64,000 nt of DNA from positions 52,392,001 through 52,456,000 of the forward strand of contig NC_045697.1 of the NCBI RefSeq assembly GCF_009834535.1, given 5' to 3'. Below are positions 1-12,279 of this stretch, one piece after another. How positions within the stretch are numbered: position 1 is the stretch's first letter; each line of letters starts with the position of its first letter. Made by a program: the position numbers and the translations under genes. Source of the DNA: Camelus ferus. Its lineage: Eukaryota. The notes below the pieces were generated by a model, which saw only the letters and a program-made list of their open reading frames with translations, had not been told where the DNA came from and ran no database searches.

Positions 1-594
1 TCTTATAGTCACGTAATGGTAACACGTTTCCTGGGGTTCTCTGGGGAGCATAATATTGAATTGTTTCTAATAATATCTGTCACTTATTGAGTGCTTACTC
101 TTTTCCAAGCGCTTCTCAAGTTTTGAAATATTTCTAATCAGTATACATCTTAACAATAATAGGCCTTTATATCCATGGCATTCATGCTGCCTGAATCTTT
201 AAATTTCTACTTTTTACCTGTCTCTGCCTGCTTTTATGCATGGATTTTATTTTAATGTGAGCTGATTTTCCCTAAATGAGACAAAAAGAATCCACGAGTG
301 CAAAGGTCAACAATGCCCTTTCTTTTCATGGGTGTCACTGACTGACCCATTTTTAGGAAATAGCATTCTCTTCTCTCTTACCACTCAAGATGCATGTGGG
401 TCTTGTAAGCCTTCACCACCAAAGTGGCCAAGAAGAGTGCAGAGACACCACCAAAATATCTGGGAGTAATCTGACATAGTCTGCACAAGCATCAAAAATT
501 CTTCATAGTACCTTGTTGAGTTTTTAAATTCATAAGCATTTTGCATTCTAGTCTATAATATAATAACTATGTTTGTTTTACTGTAAACAGTAAG

Positions 595-646
595 AAATTT
601 CTCCCTAGACTCTATAAATAAAAATTTCTCCCTAGACTCTATAATA
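595..646. repeat. 27-bp tandem duplication (aaatttctccctagactctataa...) x2
   Basis: Direct repeats start at 595 and 622. Confidence 0.85.
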
Positions 647-1763
647 AAAATAAAAATGTACCCTACATTTAAGCCCAGGTATACACAGCCCTCCAAACAC
701 TGCCGTGCTTCTGGGACTACAAGACTGTAGTCAAAAAGCATGGATTGTGTGTCATTTTTTATTTTAAGGGACAATGACCTATAGCTAATGGCAAAATTGA
801 GAATCACTAGCACTATCAGCATTTAATTGGCTGACACAAATGTCTACATGCAGTTCTACCAGAGCAGATGCAAAGCAACTTTCACCAAAATGAATCTTCT
901 TTTTTTTCCCAAATGCCTTCTACATTATAAATTGATGGTGAATTACTCCAAGAGAAAATTCCGAAGACCACATTGAGCACTTTTTTGTGAAAAAGTTCTG
1001 ATGCTGACTCAGGTTTACCAAGATGGATGTTAAAGGTCTAAGAGGTACAGAATCCTATTCCTTACCAAGAAGCTACTTTTACATTTTTCCTAACTCTGGA
1101 ATAGAAATCTCCTCCAAGAACATAATATTCCTTCTCGTACGCCTTTCTCTTATTTCTTCTTTTCCTTCCCTTTCCTTTCTTATTTACGTTGTCCAGTACA
1201 GACGAACTATAAGGCTCTAGTTTATCACTAGGAGACTCCAGTCTGAATTTCTTTTTTAACTTCATGCTTCAAATTATATAAAGTGAATCAGTATCTTGTA
1301 TCTTCTGTAAGTTTAAAATGATTGAGTTAGAATTTACTTATGGGAGTGATTCCTATAGGAATAAGGAGGCAGCAAAACATGGAGTGGAAGTTCAGAGGAC
1401 TAGGCTTGTCTGGTCCTGATATCTGTTAATACAGGGACCTGGCTTCCCCACCTATCAGATAAGATCAAGAATAATGTACCCATAATTTCCTTGCAAATAA
1501 GGCAGCTTGAGTTAATTTCAAAGTATTGAGCTAACTATGCTCACGTGCCAGAGCTCCTGGTTTCACTTCCTGGCTGGGTCACAGGGCTAAGATACCTCCA
1601 GGCAATGAGACTATGAATTCAGCAGGGGGGTTTCTCAGAGAATACAGAACAAAACCCTTTCCTGAAGACCCTGATACCATGTTGAAAGCAGGGCGTGCCT
1701 GGAGGCTACTGCTTCCTCCAAACACAGGGTAATAAGCACAAACACTGTGCACAATGTCCTCAC

Positions 1764-2035
1764 CTGGGTCCGGCGGCATACAAACACAGGAAAATTGAGT
1801 GTTGTAGCCCACTTTGAAGTTGGAGTTGATGGGGTAGTAATCAGCTAGCTTGATCATCTTCTTGAAAGCATCGTAGATAAAGATGAAGCTAATCAGAGAG
1901 GAGAAGCCCTCTTCGGTGAAGCGCGTGAAATACTGAACCAAGAAGCTGGCGTCGGTGGCCACCAAAATGAAGCACAGGAAGGCTGACCACAGGCCAATCC
2001 AAAGGCGAAACTCCAAATAGTCAAAATTATGGTCC
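1764..2035 (-). CDS. SLC4A4: SLC4A4 coding exon (272 nt, probably exon 14; TM4-TM5 and start of EL3): [90 protein letters not shown]
   Basis: Inside ORF 1579..2133. FTRFTEE motif. Acceptor tcttctttgcAG, donor G|GTgagg. Confidence 0.97.
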
Positions 2036-2095
2036 CTGCAAAGAAGACAGGTATTTAGACTCCACTTCCATGGAACACAAAGAATAATGTAAAAC

Positions 2096-2681
2096 TGAGA
2101 CAGGAGGGAAGGGGGCAGGGCACAGCCACTCAAGGAATGACAGCAACCAAAATTGTGGAAGAGTCACCTCCTAGTTGGCCTTGAGGATTAAGAGGTTTGA
2201 CTTCTAATAGATCTTGAGCTTCATTATATGCTTATCGTAACAGCCTGATCAAATAACATGCCCGCAGGCACCAGGACAGCCCCAAGGCTAACCGCAAAGG
2301 GCCAAAGAATGGGTGGTGCTGGGAATCCCAGCCCCTTCCCCAGGGCAGCTGGATTGATCCCACCTGTAGGCTGTGAAGCTACTGAGACCCTAAAAAGTGA
2401 CACCACGTCTAGTGGCCCTTTGTGCTCTCTCTCCCCTTTGGAGACTGGCCCGCACACTGTCTGTGGAGTGTATACCTACTTTTACTTTAACCTGAGCACC
2501 CAATTCCCACTACCTCTTTCCTTGCCTTTCTCTTGCCTTACACTCTCTCTCTAAATAAATCTACCTTAACTCAACGGTGGCTTGCACTTGAATTCTTTCC
2601 TGTGTGAAGCCAATGACCAGGGGCTTAACCAAGACCTGGGACTCGGCTCTCCTCACACCCCACAACCATTTTCCTGCATCA
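2096..2681 (+). mobile_element. Solo LTR, ERV1 class (MER41-like), 586 bp
   Basis: TG...CA ends with imperfect terminal inverted repeats (TGAGACAGGA / TCCTGCATCA). Perfect 4-bp TSD AAAC (2092-2095, 2682-2685). AATAAA at 2554-2559 followed by a MER41-like 'ttgaattctttcctgtgtgaagccaa' U5. Confidence 0.85.
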
Positions 2682-3622
2682 AAACCACTGAATGACTGTA
2701 GAATGACTGCTAAAAATACAAGATCATTTTAGCCTCAAGATATAAAGCTCATTCTTGATTTTATCCAGAAAGTATCACCTTTAAGAATTTGGTCTAGTGA
2801 TATTGGGCTACCATAAAGAAATAATTCCAGAAGTTTGGGAAAAGCACAAAGAAAATAATCATACCATTGAATGTAAATAACTCATTGATTTTCTCATTCA
2901 AAAAATATGATCCCTGTCTTCATGGAGTTCATAGAATAAACAATTTGAAAGCATAATACTGGTAACCAGCATGTGCTTAATAAATGTTTATGAGCATTAC
3001 TGGTTAAGGAAGACACTGAAATAAATATGTTCCCTGTCTGTCCCCAAGTCATCCAAGTCTACTGAGGAAGACTCACTGATAAACAGAATCACACTGCAAA
3101 ATACTGAGTGATACCTAAGGGTTCCCACCAAGCATCACAGAAGGAGTAACTAATTCTGGGGAGAGATGAACTTTCATTAAAAAACCTCAAAGGTATTTAA
3201 GGATATGCAGGAACTTTCTGGACAGACCAGGGAGGGTCTGGCCAGGAAGAGGAAAGAGTGCTGAAAAAGGCATGCAGCATGTGGCTGCACACAATGCTCC
3301 CTGCGGACTGAGCGCCGCCACCACAGGGAGGTGGGTCAGATAAGCGGCCTACTGGGCAGATCAATAAAGGCTGCATTGCCAGGTTACCACCAGAGACTAC
3401 CTCTGGTCAGGAAGCTTCCCACAGACATGACACCCTCTGCTGGAGTCGTGTGTGAAAACTCTTGTGGCCACCTTTTCTGTCTGTGCCTGTCCCACAGCAA
3501 CCTTAGAACAGGCCACCTCCATCTAAGCAGGCCACTGTTTTTCGATGCCCTTTTCACTTCTTACAAGTAAATTAGTTCCAGATTCACACTGAGGAAAAGA
3601 TGGGTCAGGTGTTCACATTTTA

Positions 3623-3654
3623 GCATTTCATACTGATTGCATTTCATACTGATT
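3623..3654. repeat. Perfect 16-bp tandem duplication (gcatttcatactgatt) x2
   Basis: Seen directly. Confidence 0.9.
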
Positions 3655-3879
3655 CTTTTAAAATTATGTGGACAGTGCTTTAAAATATTTTTTTTTCCTC
3701 ATCGTCTGTGATGAAAAAGCAGAGAGGGGTAGTCACAGTTTCTGCACAAGAAAAAAATAAATCAAGGACCATGCACGCCCAAAACTCTACGGCCTTGCTT
3801 TTAGACAATGAGTTTCGGTAACTGTTAGCCATGTATTTTAATGCTTTCCCAAAGGCCTCGAACCTACACCTTCACCATC

Positions 3880-4152
3880 AACAACCCAGGCTGGGCCACC
3901 AAGAAGTCCCTGCCTGATTCTTGTAAGAGCCTCCTTACTAATATTCATGCTATGAGTCCCTGCTCAAAGCCATTTTCCACATCACAGCCAAAATGACCTT
4001 TTCAAATGTAAATCAGATGTCCCAGTTTAAAACCTTTTGGTGACCTTGCACTGCTCTTAGAATAAAACTCAAATTCTCTACCTAGCTCTGTGCCCAGCAC
4101 ATATAAGTTAAATACAGACTTCAGTTAGTTAAATACAAATTTGCTGGATGAA
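3880..4152 (+). mobile_element. L2 LINE 3' fragment
   Basis: Resembles L2 3' region (ccacatcacagcc..ccttttcaaatgtaaatcagat..cttagaataaaactcaaa). Boundaries approximate. Confidence 0.6.
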
Positions 4153-4254
4153 TTAAGGCATGCCTGGCTTAGGACTGATAGAGACAATTACTGTCACTGT
4201 AACCAGGTGATGAGCAACTGAAAATTTTACTGATATTAGAATTAAAAATTGCTT

Positions 4255-4711
4255 AGATTTTGTGTGTCCACTTGGCTGAGCCAAGAGGTGCCCAGATATT
4301 GGGTCACACATTACTCGGTGTTTTAGGGTGGTTTTGATGAGATTAACATTAAAATTGGTAGACTCTGAGTAAAGCAGATTGCTCTCGATAATGAGGGTGG
4401 GCCTCATCCAATCAGCTTCTCAACTGAATAGAACAAAAAGACCAGTTTCCCTCAAGTAAGAGAGCCCTCCCCAGTGGACAGAGCGCCTCTGGGCCTGACC
4501 TGTAACATGGGCTCTTCCCAGTTCTCTGGCAGACAGCCTTGGAACTGGAACTGGAGCATCAGCCCTCCTGGGTCTCCAGCCTGCTGGTCAACCCTGCACG
4601 TTTTGGACTTGCCAGCCTTAATAACTGTGTGAGCCAGTTCCTTATCACAAGTCTCTTATATATGTGCATACACATCCTATTGGTTCTATTTCTCTGGAGA
4701 ATCCTAATACA
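4255..4711 (+). mobile_element. MLT2-type (ERVL) LTR
   Basis: Characteristic 'gagattaacatt..gactctgagtaaagcagattgc..gggtgggcctcatccaatcag' and 3' 'ctattggttctatttctctggagaatcctaataca'. Confidence 0.8.
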
Positions 4712-7700
4712 GACACCCATTAGCCCAACATGCCTCACTTTAGAGATGAGGACACCAAGGCCAATAGAAACTAAGTCATTTATCCAAATGTGATGTTTTA
4801 ACAGCAGAGCTAGACCAGAAACCAAATTTCTGTGCTCTTAGACCAGTCCTTTTAAAAATTACACCATGGTTCCTCCTGTCTGATTTGTACTTAGCTCATG
4901 ATAAGGTGCGCTTTAAAGTCACTGTCCTTTGTTTCCCTCTTCTCACCAAATGACACAAATTGGAAGACCATTACCAAAGCAGGAGATGAGTAACACTTAG
5001 GTTGACAGTTACCTTCTACAGATTTCCTGAAACCTTTCTGAAGACATCTTTTGCATTTCCTCACAGTTCCCTTTATGTCTGGAACCCTAGAGTCTAATCC
5101 TATGCATGTCTTTGTGAGATAAGTAGACTCTAGAAAAAGTTAAATTCTAGGAATTTGAGATAATTTACATTATTCCACAATGGGTCAGTCTCAGAGCTCA
5201 GAAACAGTTTTATTACTTCTGAGCCAACAGACTTTTTTGTTAAAATAAAGTTTTAAACAATTACCTAGTTTTGCCTCCCTAACAAGATGAAAGTTAGAGC
5301 AATCTTAACTTGTTCTAAGAATGCTAATGGTTGTTTACAGAACAGGATGAGAAACAAATCTACTCACCAGCTAATGGTCAGGAACACCATCAGTTTAAGT
5401 ACAAAGGAAAGAAGTGCGTGTATAAACTTAAATGTTAGGACCTAAACAATAAACCGAAATAGCTGCTCTAAAATACTTAAATATTCCCAGAGTGGCTTTG
5501 TAGGAAAAATTCAAACAAAATCACTAATACCAACAGTACTCCATTAGGATATATTTACAGCAGCAAGAAGATAGAGGAATAAAAGATGAGAGGCTTTTTT
5601 AAGCAAGCCGACCAACAGTAATAACTATAATAAAAAGCAATGTTACATCCAGTAAGACTATCGGTCCCTTTGGTGCCAAGTTTAAATAGCAATTAAGTTA
5701 TAAAAATTTACAAGTTATAAAGAGGAAATGATACTAGAGACCGAAGAAACTATGGTGAGTTAAAAGGAGAAAATGACTGTATATCCTTTTGGTAACACTC
5801 TTTCTAGATATTTTAAGTGATAGTTTTGAGCAGCATAAACCCAAGGGTACAGACAAAGTGAAAAATTCACAATGAAGCATGCTTCAGAAATCAGTATCTG
5901 GCAAATAAACATAAACCTCCTAAGTTAAATGAATAAATCCAGTAATTTAATAGAAGAAAATCATAATTTGAAGGCCTATAAATTGTTCAAAGACTGTAAG
6001 AAAGAAATTATTAAATGACTGAATGACAATTATACAGGCTAAAATCCAACTTCAGTTATGAAGGTTCTACAAGGCTTAGAATGCATTGTTAAATTTCCTT
6101 TCAGATTCTTCCCTGAAGAAAAGGAAAAGGAATCTAATTCTCTATTATTGCGATATAATGTATGAAAATAGTGCACAAGAGACTGCAGAATTGGAAAAAC
6201 AAAACCACAAGTGTTTTGGGGAAAGGTGTGAGCTATTCCTTCATTCTGCTACTAATTTTAAAAGGTGACAGTGTATCATTCATATTCCTTCCTGATTCTC
6301 CAGTTTATTGGGGAAATATTAAAAGCTGTATTCTTAGTCAGAGATAAATCTGTGAATTACGTGGAGTTACTGTTTGAGTCCACTGAATTCACACAACAAG
6401 AATTTACCTATTTCTCAAAAAAAAAAAAAAAAGTAAAATATGATGGGAAAAATCTGGGCAAAACATAGTAAAACAGTGTCTTCCCTGAAGGACTTCTCAG
6501 ATCCCTTCGTAAGCTAAAATGAATTACCAAGGGCGGGATAATATAATCTATAATATACAGCACTTACCAGATCTACTGGGATGACAGAGCTCTTTTTTTC
6601 TTTTTTTTTTTTTTAATGGAACATCTATTGGAACCAGTAAATGAGAAAACCCATTTTGGGAAATAGTGATCTACACAAGTAGTCTGTATCTAGACAAAAT
6701 ATTAGCACTGCTACGAGGATATGTAAGCAAATGATACACAGCATCATGCATAAAAGAATAAGGTTTGCCACCTAAGTGTCACATGTTAGCCAGTGACGAC
6801 TTTAAAGCAGAGTTTGTCAAATGTTTCTTGTTGCTTTACAACTATTTTCAAATAAATCATTTGAAACTATGTTTAAGTTTCCAATTATGATGAAATAGAA
6901 GGGAAAGTGAGAATGGAACTTGCTTAGCAAAAGGAAATAATCTCTATCCTACAATTATCTAAAGCAAACCAGAATGCAAACATTTTCTGTAGATTAAGGC
7001 TCTGATCACATTACATCCAATAAATCTTTCTGCAAAGATGTGCCTGTTTGTTCCTGTTTATAGTACATGCTTGTTTAATCTTTCCATAAAGGCTTTCTTG
7101 TCTCACACAATGTTTTTTTTTAAACATATAAAAACTGTTTGACTCTTTTTATAAACTGACACTGAGCAGAACTCTTTCCAATGGTCTTCTGAGAATTATG
7201 ATAGAGAGATTTGCAGTAATGATCTACAGAAAACATGGAACTTTAAATTCCTGGGAGACCCTCATTTATGTTCTCAATCCAGTTTTCAAAAAACTAGCTT
7301 TAAATCCTCATTTCCTCCTCTATCTTGAGATCATTTTTGATGGCACACACAGTTTCAAAGCCTGTTGTATGAGTCCTTAATTCCATGAGGCATTAAGTAG
7401 GTAATGACATTTCTCTAACATTAAAATTCTAAAAAATGTATAACAACAGAAGTATACAGCACTTCCCACAAGGAGTGGTAACAAGTCGTATGAAATTCTG
7501 CAATCTGGGGACTGAGACCTGCCAGTAAAGGCAATTCTCTCTTAGAGGTATCAAGTTCATTAGAAAGAGGCTGGAATACCCAATTTGATTTTGAAACTGT
7601 GTGCAAATGTGGCCACTTGGATAATTTGCTTAACTCCATTTTTTCCTTCTTAAAATGATCCATCAATTTCTAAAAGAAAAGATCAGTATCACAACTCTCA

Positions 7701-7729
7701 CGCCCATTAGTCATGTCTAGTGAGTCCGT

Positions 7730-7965
7730 AAGAGGCGTAGGCTCTGGAGTCAGAACGCAAGGATTCAAATCCCAGCCCTGCCAACGACTGGTGATGCAAC
7801 TGCCAACAATTTACTCACCCGCTCCATGCCTGCTTTCTCACCTAGACAACTGCACACGGTCCCTACCTCATAGGACAGCTACAAGAAATAAATGAGGGAG
7901 TACACGAAACGTGCTCAGGCTAATAGTCGGTATGTGGTCAGCACTCAGTAAATGTTAGTTATTAC
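7730..7965 (+). mobile_element. MIR SINE
   Basis: ggctctggagtcaga..ttcaaatcccagc..cctacctcatagg..gcactcagtaaatgttagt resembles the MIR consensus. Confidence 0.75.
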
Positions 7966-8199
7966 TCAGTTGAGTCTAGAAATGGATCTGGAGTTCAGAA
8001 TGCTGGAATGGGGGTGAGGAGCAGTAGAGCGTCCAGTCTCTTTCATAGACGAGACATGTGACCTTGACAAGTCATTTCACTTCTCTGGCACATGAGAATC
8101 ACAGCAGGAGATGGAAGGCGATCTCAAATGAGATTCTCAGGAAATTTACTAGACTATGTACAGAGGCGTCAGTAACAGAAAAATGGCAAGGTACTCGGG

Positions 8200-8545
8200 G
8201 ACTAGCACCATCGGGAAGCCATTTCTACCTCCCTGCTTGGAAAGGCTACAGAACAGGAATAGGCAGCAGAGCCTGGTGAGGGCAAGGGCCAGGGTGGAGG
8301 AGCCACCTGACAGGGGCTGAACTCAGAGGACAGCTGGGCAAAGCCGAGAGCGAGAGCTGAGGGTAGGCGGGTGCACCCTGCCCTCCCCACCTTCCTGTGC
8401 TCCTGGAGCTCTGCTGCAGCCAAACCCAGCAGGAAGCCAGAGGGCCAGGGAAGACGACTGTTGCAGTCCACAGGGTCCACCTCCCGAGACACAAAGCAGG
8501 ACAAGAAGGCAGAGAATGATGGGCTGGAGCGAGAGGTAATGCAGC
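8200..8545 (-). mobile_element. Old ERVL LTR fragment (LTR33-like)
   Basis: 'gccaaacccagcaggaagccagagggccaggga..gcagtccacagggtc..cctccc' resembles LTR33. Explains the spurious GC-rich ORFs here. Confidence 0.55.
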
Positions 8546-8726
8546 ACCTGGGCCTCAGATGAATCAAAGGTGTGCTGGACCACCTAGTCTCCCAGGGCCT
8601 CGCAACCTCCAAATCCTCAAATCCCCGTGATTCTGCTCTCCCCATTTACTATCCTCTGCTCCAGCTAGGCGTGCACGCTCTACAATTAGACAGTTCTAAT
8701 GTACAGGTAGATGTGTATGCACATAC

Positions 8727-8860
8727 TTGCTGAAATTAAACAGAAGTCTCTCAAAAACGAGAACGGGTCCTGTGCTGCTCAAAATCGTGAGTGGCTGGCC
8801 AGCAAACAGGCAGAAGACAGCTCCAGAGACAGCAGTGCCCAGGAAACTCTCCAACACGCC
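8727..8860 (-). CDS. SLC4A4: SLC4A4 coding exon (134 nt, probably exon 13; TM2-TM3): [45 protein letters not shown]
   Basis: Manual translation. GQPL..SSTGP substrate-site motif. Acceptor tttctttctattAG, donor AA|GTatgt. Not in the ORF track. Confidence 0.97.
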
Positions 8861-11800
8861 CTAATAGAAAGAAAACAGAGGTGTTAAAAGAAGAATATAT
8901 TTTTTCTTTCCATGTGTGATGTCACTAAGGGAATTAAGCCACATGAATATGCTATTAAAAGGGCTATCGCAAACATACCAAACAAATGTAAAGGATAAAG
9001 ATTCTTACCAATATGAGTATTATCTTTTATTTCACCATACATACAATTTAGTCATTCCTGCCTACTCCCAGGGTTGAACTGCTCACCAAAACTATAATGC
9101 CTGTAATGAATGACTAGTGGTTGACTGTAGCAGGCAAAGGGTGACTCTGATCCACTTTAAAAATATTAATTGAAGCTTCTATACATAAAATCCCACTATA
9201 TAATCTCACCAAGTGTGCAGAGGTGACATTACTTTTGGTGGCGTTTTTCTCCTCTGTGGTTTCAGTGTTTGTTTTAGCCGGATTTCACCTTGCACATAGC
9301 AAGTACTTATAAATAGCTACATCTTATGCAAAAAAGCTATTTTCTCTGAACAAAAGCTTTTCCAGTGGAGAGGGGAGCAAAGGGGACACAGACAGTGATT
9401 TTCCCACTGTTCTGCAATCTCTAAGACATCAATTCCAAAAAGTATTCCTATTACATATTCATTGTCCAATGTCCAACTTACACAAGAGCTTTAAATTACT
9501 TCACCTCTAGAGGAAATAAATGTGCAGGGACATGGATAATCAAACCTTTGTGGCCACATCTCCCTGTAGGTATTTCTCTGGAAATCAACCCATTATTTCC
9601 CTTCAGTGTAACAAGAACAAACAAACAAGAGCTATCAAACATCACTGACTAACAAAATTATCCTCACTTCTTAGTCACATCATTTAGGACCAATACCTCA
9701 AACTAGCCTGTTTCCTATATTCTTTCTTCATCACTTCAAATTTCAGGTAGAAAAAATCACATATTTATTTGTAGGAAGGTTCTTTTGTAAATTTAAAATA
9801 CTACTTCATCAAAAGATGGTTTTTAATAACATAAAAAGACAGATCCTTTGTTCATACGTAAGGCTACACATCTGAACCATAAAACCTGTAAGATAAAACA
9901 TTTTTCAAGTGAGTAAATGAAGACATTCTATAGCTTTAAAAGACACAAAAAATATACTTGGTGGTAGATGAATTTACATGGCAGAGCAAAACTGCATGAT
10001 CCTGGTAACTATATGTGTAAATACTGAAACAGTAATAGGAAGAGCCCCCTTTTCAATTGCACAATAAATTACCTGTTCGTGGAAGTGTGATTAATGTTTA
10101 CTTAAAACAAACCACCTCTTAATCTAAATTACCCTCTGACTTGAGCAGGGTGGATTTCCGGGGAATGGGAGGTGGCCCTCAGTCATTTACTCTGCCCCTA
10201 CCAGTTAACCTATGCACCTGTCAGCCTCACTAAGTCACCTACTTTCACTGCCCGCAAAGTTCTCCGGCAATGTTTCATTCCCTTATCATATAATAGACCC
10301 ACAATCATTATAAATAAACAGATTTTTAAAAATCAGCTCACAGAACCTAACACATGAAGTGCTATCCCCACTCCAAAGCCACCCCAGGAGACCCTCATTA
10401 TAATGATCACCCGAAATATTTTTTACACAGCTTCAGAGCCAGCAATGTTCTCTTTAGGATGACATTGGCCATAGCATATCCTTCCCTCTTGTAAGGGTAG
10501 AATTCAACTGGGAAAACAGACAAAAATCCCTGAGCACAGCACTGTGTGATAATGGGGTGGGGGTGAGGATAGGGCAAAAAAGCGAGAGTGGACAACTAAC
10601 AAGTGAGCAGACACGTTCTGAACAGCTCAGCACAGCTACTTCCATCCAAGATGTCTGGGTTTGAAGTCCGGCAGGAGGGTCTGGTAAGAGGACCCCATTT
10701 ACTAAATGTGAGCTCTCCGCATGGCTGAAGGGTACCCTCGTGTTATTTTACAGCCATCTCATACATACTCATTGTATTCCACGCATTTTTCCTCAGGGGA
10801 CAGCAAGCAGAATAACAAGCAAGGCTAGCAGCACTGGGCGGCACTTAGGCAGAGAAGAGAGAAAGAGGTTCCCCTGTGCCCAACACATAGTGTTAGTCTT
10901 GATCTCTTACATGTGAAGAGACTGAGATTCAGAGGGTTAAATGATGTGAACAAATCCGCCCTCACTGTGGGACAGTGAGTGAGTGGAGTATGCGTGCCTG
11001 TCCAACCATGACTGCACCCTCGGCAAAGAGAAAAGATGTGCCTTTGGCTGGGATTTCCTGAGACTTGCAGTTTTTCACCTCCTGTGCGCTGACATTGGGC
11101 TTTTATTTTATAGTTTATCTTTCCTTTTCATGAGTTATTTTAGTGTGCGTAACATGGAAGGGGAAGGACTGGAAGGCTCCGAGGGGCAGGACAAGACACA
11201 CTCTGGGCACATGTGATAGGCAAAGTTTCACTGTATCGTTCTTCATCAAGCGTGGAGGAGTGACTATTTCTCCTCACTATGGCAGGGTCACACTACAGCC
11301 CACCCTGGGTGTAAGGGAGAACATGAATGAAGAAAGGAGGAATGCGGGTTAAGAATTCTCCACTTGATTGGATGTGGCTATAACAGTCTCTGGGGGGCAA
11401 GGGCAGGGTCTCTGGTAACATCCCTGTTTCTCTTTCTCCCATCACTGTACACCATCCCTCCATGTGCTCTGTGGGCACCCAGCAAATGCTAAAGGAATTG
11501 AAGAAGATGCCCAAATCATACTCTAGGTCCCACTTATCAAAGACCAACAGCCATCAGTTAAAGATAACAAGTAATCTCTTTGAGAGATTGGCTTTGACTT
11601 ATGCAAGTTAAAAAGGTGCCTGCTAAAAGGTAGATTATTTTTACTTCAGCTCTTGATCCTTTCCTAAGAGCTACAGTTTCCATTCTGTTGCTGACAATTT
11701 AGAAACAGAGACAGGTGATTTATTATACACACTGCACTGGAAACTTGCTTAAACTTAGCGATGTTTCCAGCTTTTCTGAGAAAAGAACTATTTTCACCAC

Positions 11801-12279
11801 ATTTTGACATGTTGTTCTTGACAATACAGACATTTTGAAAATAATCTTATGCAATGAATAATGTTACTTTAACTGTAATTAGAATTTACAGCAATTTTTA
11901 AGGTGAACTATCAAAAACCCCTTTTCTGATTTATTATATTCAGTGTGTTCACTAATATAAAAAAAAGGAATATGTGGATGTGTGTATTTTTCACAAAGAC
12001 GCTTCTGCACCTGATTTCCCACAGAGAAACAAATTCCCTAGCAGTTCATAAGGATGGAGACGGCTGAGCTTGGAGGGGTGGCAGAATCAGGTGCCTAAGA
12101 ACACTCCAGCTACATTTTGGTTTGACTTTTATTTTATCCCATTTCTGATCAGGTGTGTCCACTGTGGAACAGAAGAAAGAGCTAACAACTGGCCTAGATT
12201 GCTCTGCCACCAAAGAGCTGATGATCACTTAACCTCTTTCAGTTTTAGCTTCTTCACATAGGAGGAAAACATCACAGCA

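Noticed and set aside
1062..1265. Basic 67-aa ORF with an NLS-like KKGKGRKRRNKRK stretch
   Set aside because: Arises from a purine-rich low-complexity tract; no coding support.
1579..2133. 184-aa ORF as a standalone gene
   Set aside because: It is an SLC4A4 exon plus intronic flanks; its start (a TTG) lies inside the LTR.
6591..6620. Poly-T followed by aatgga as a truncated SINE tail
   Set aside because: No SINE body or TSD could be identified.
8202..8645. Overlapping 147/82/86/63-aa ORFs
   Set aside because: GC-rich LTR33-like remnant with few stops; no recognisable protein.
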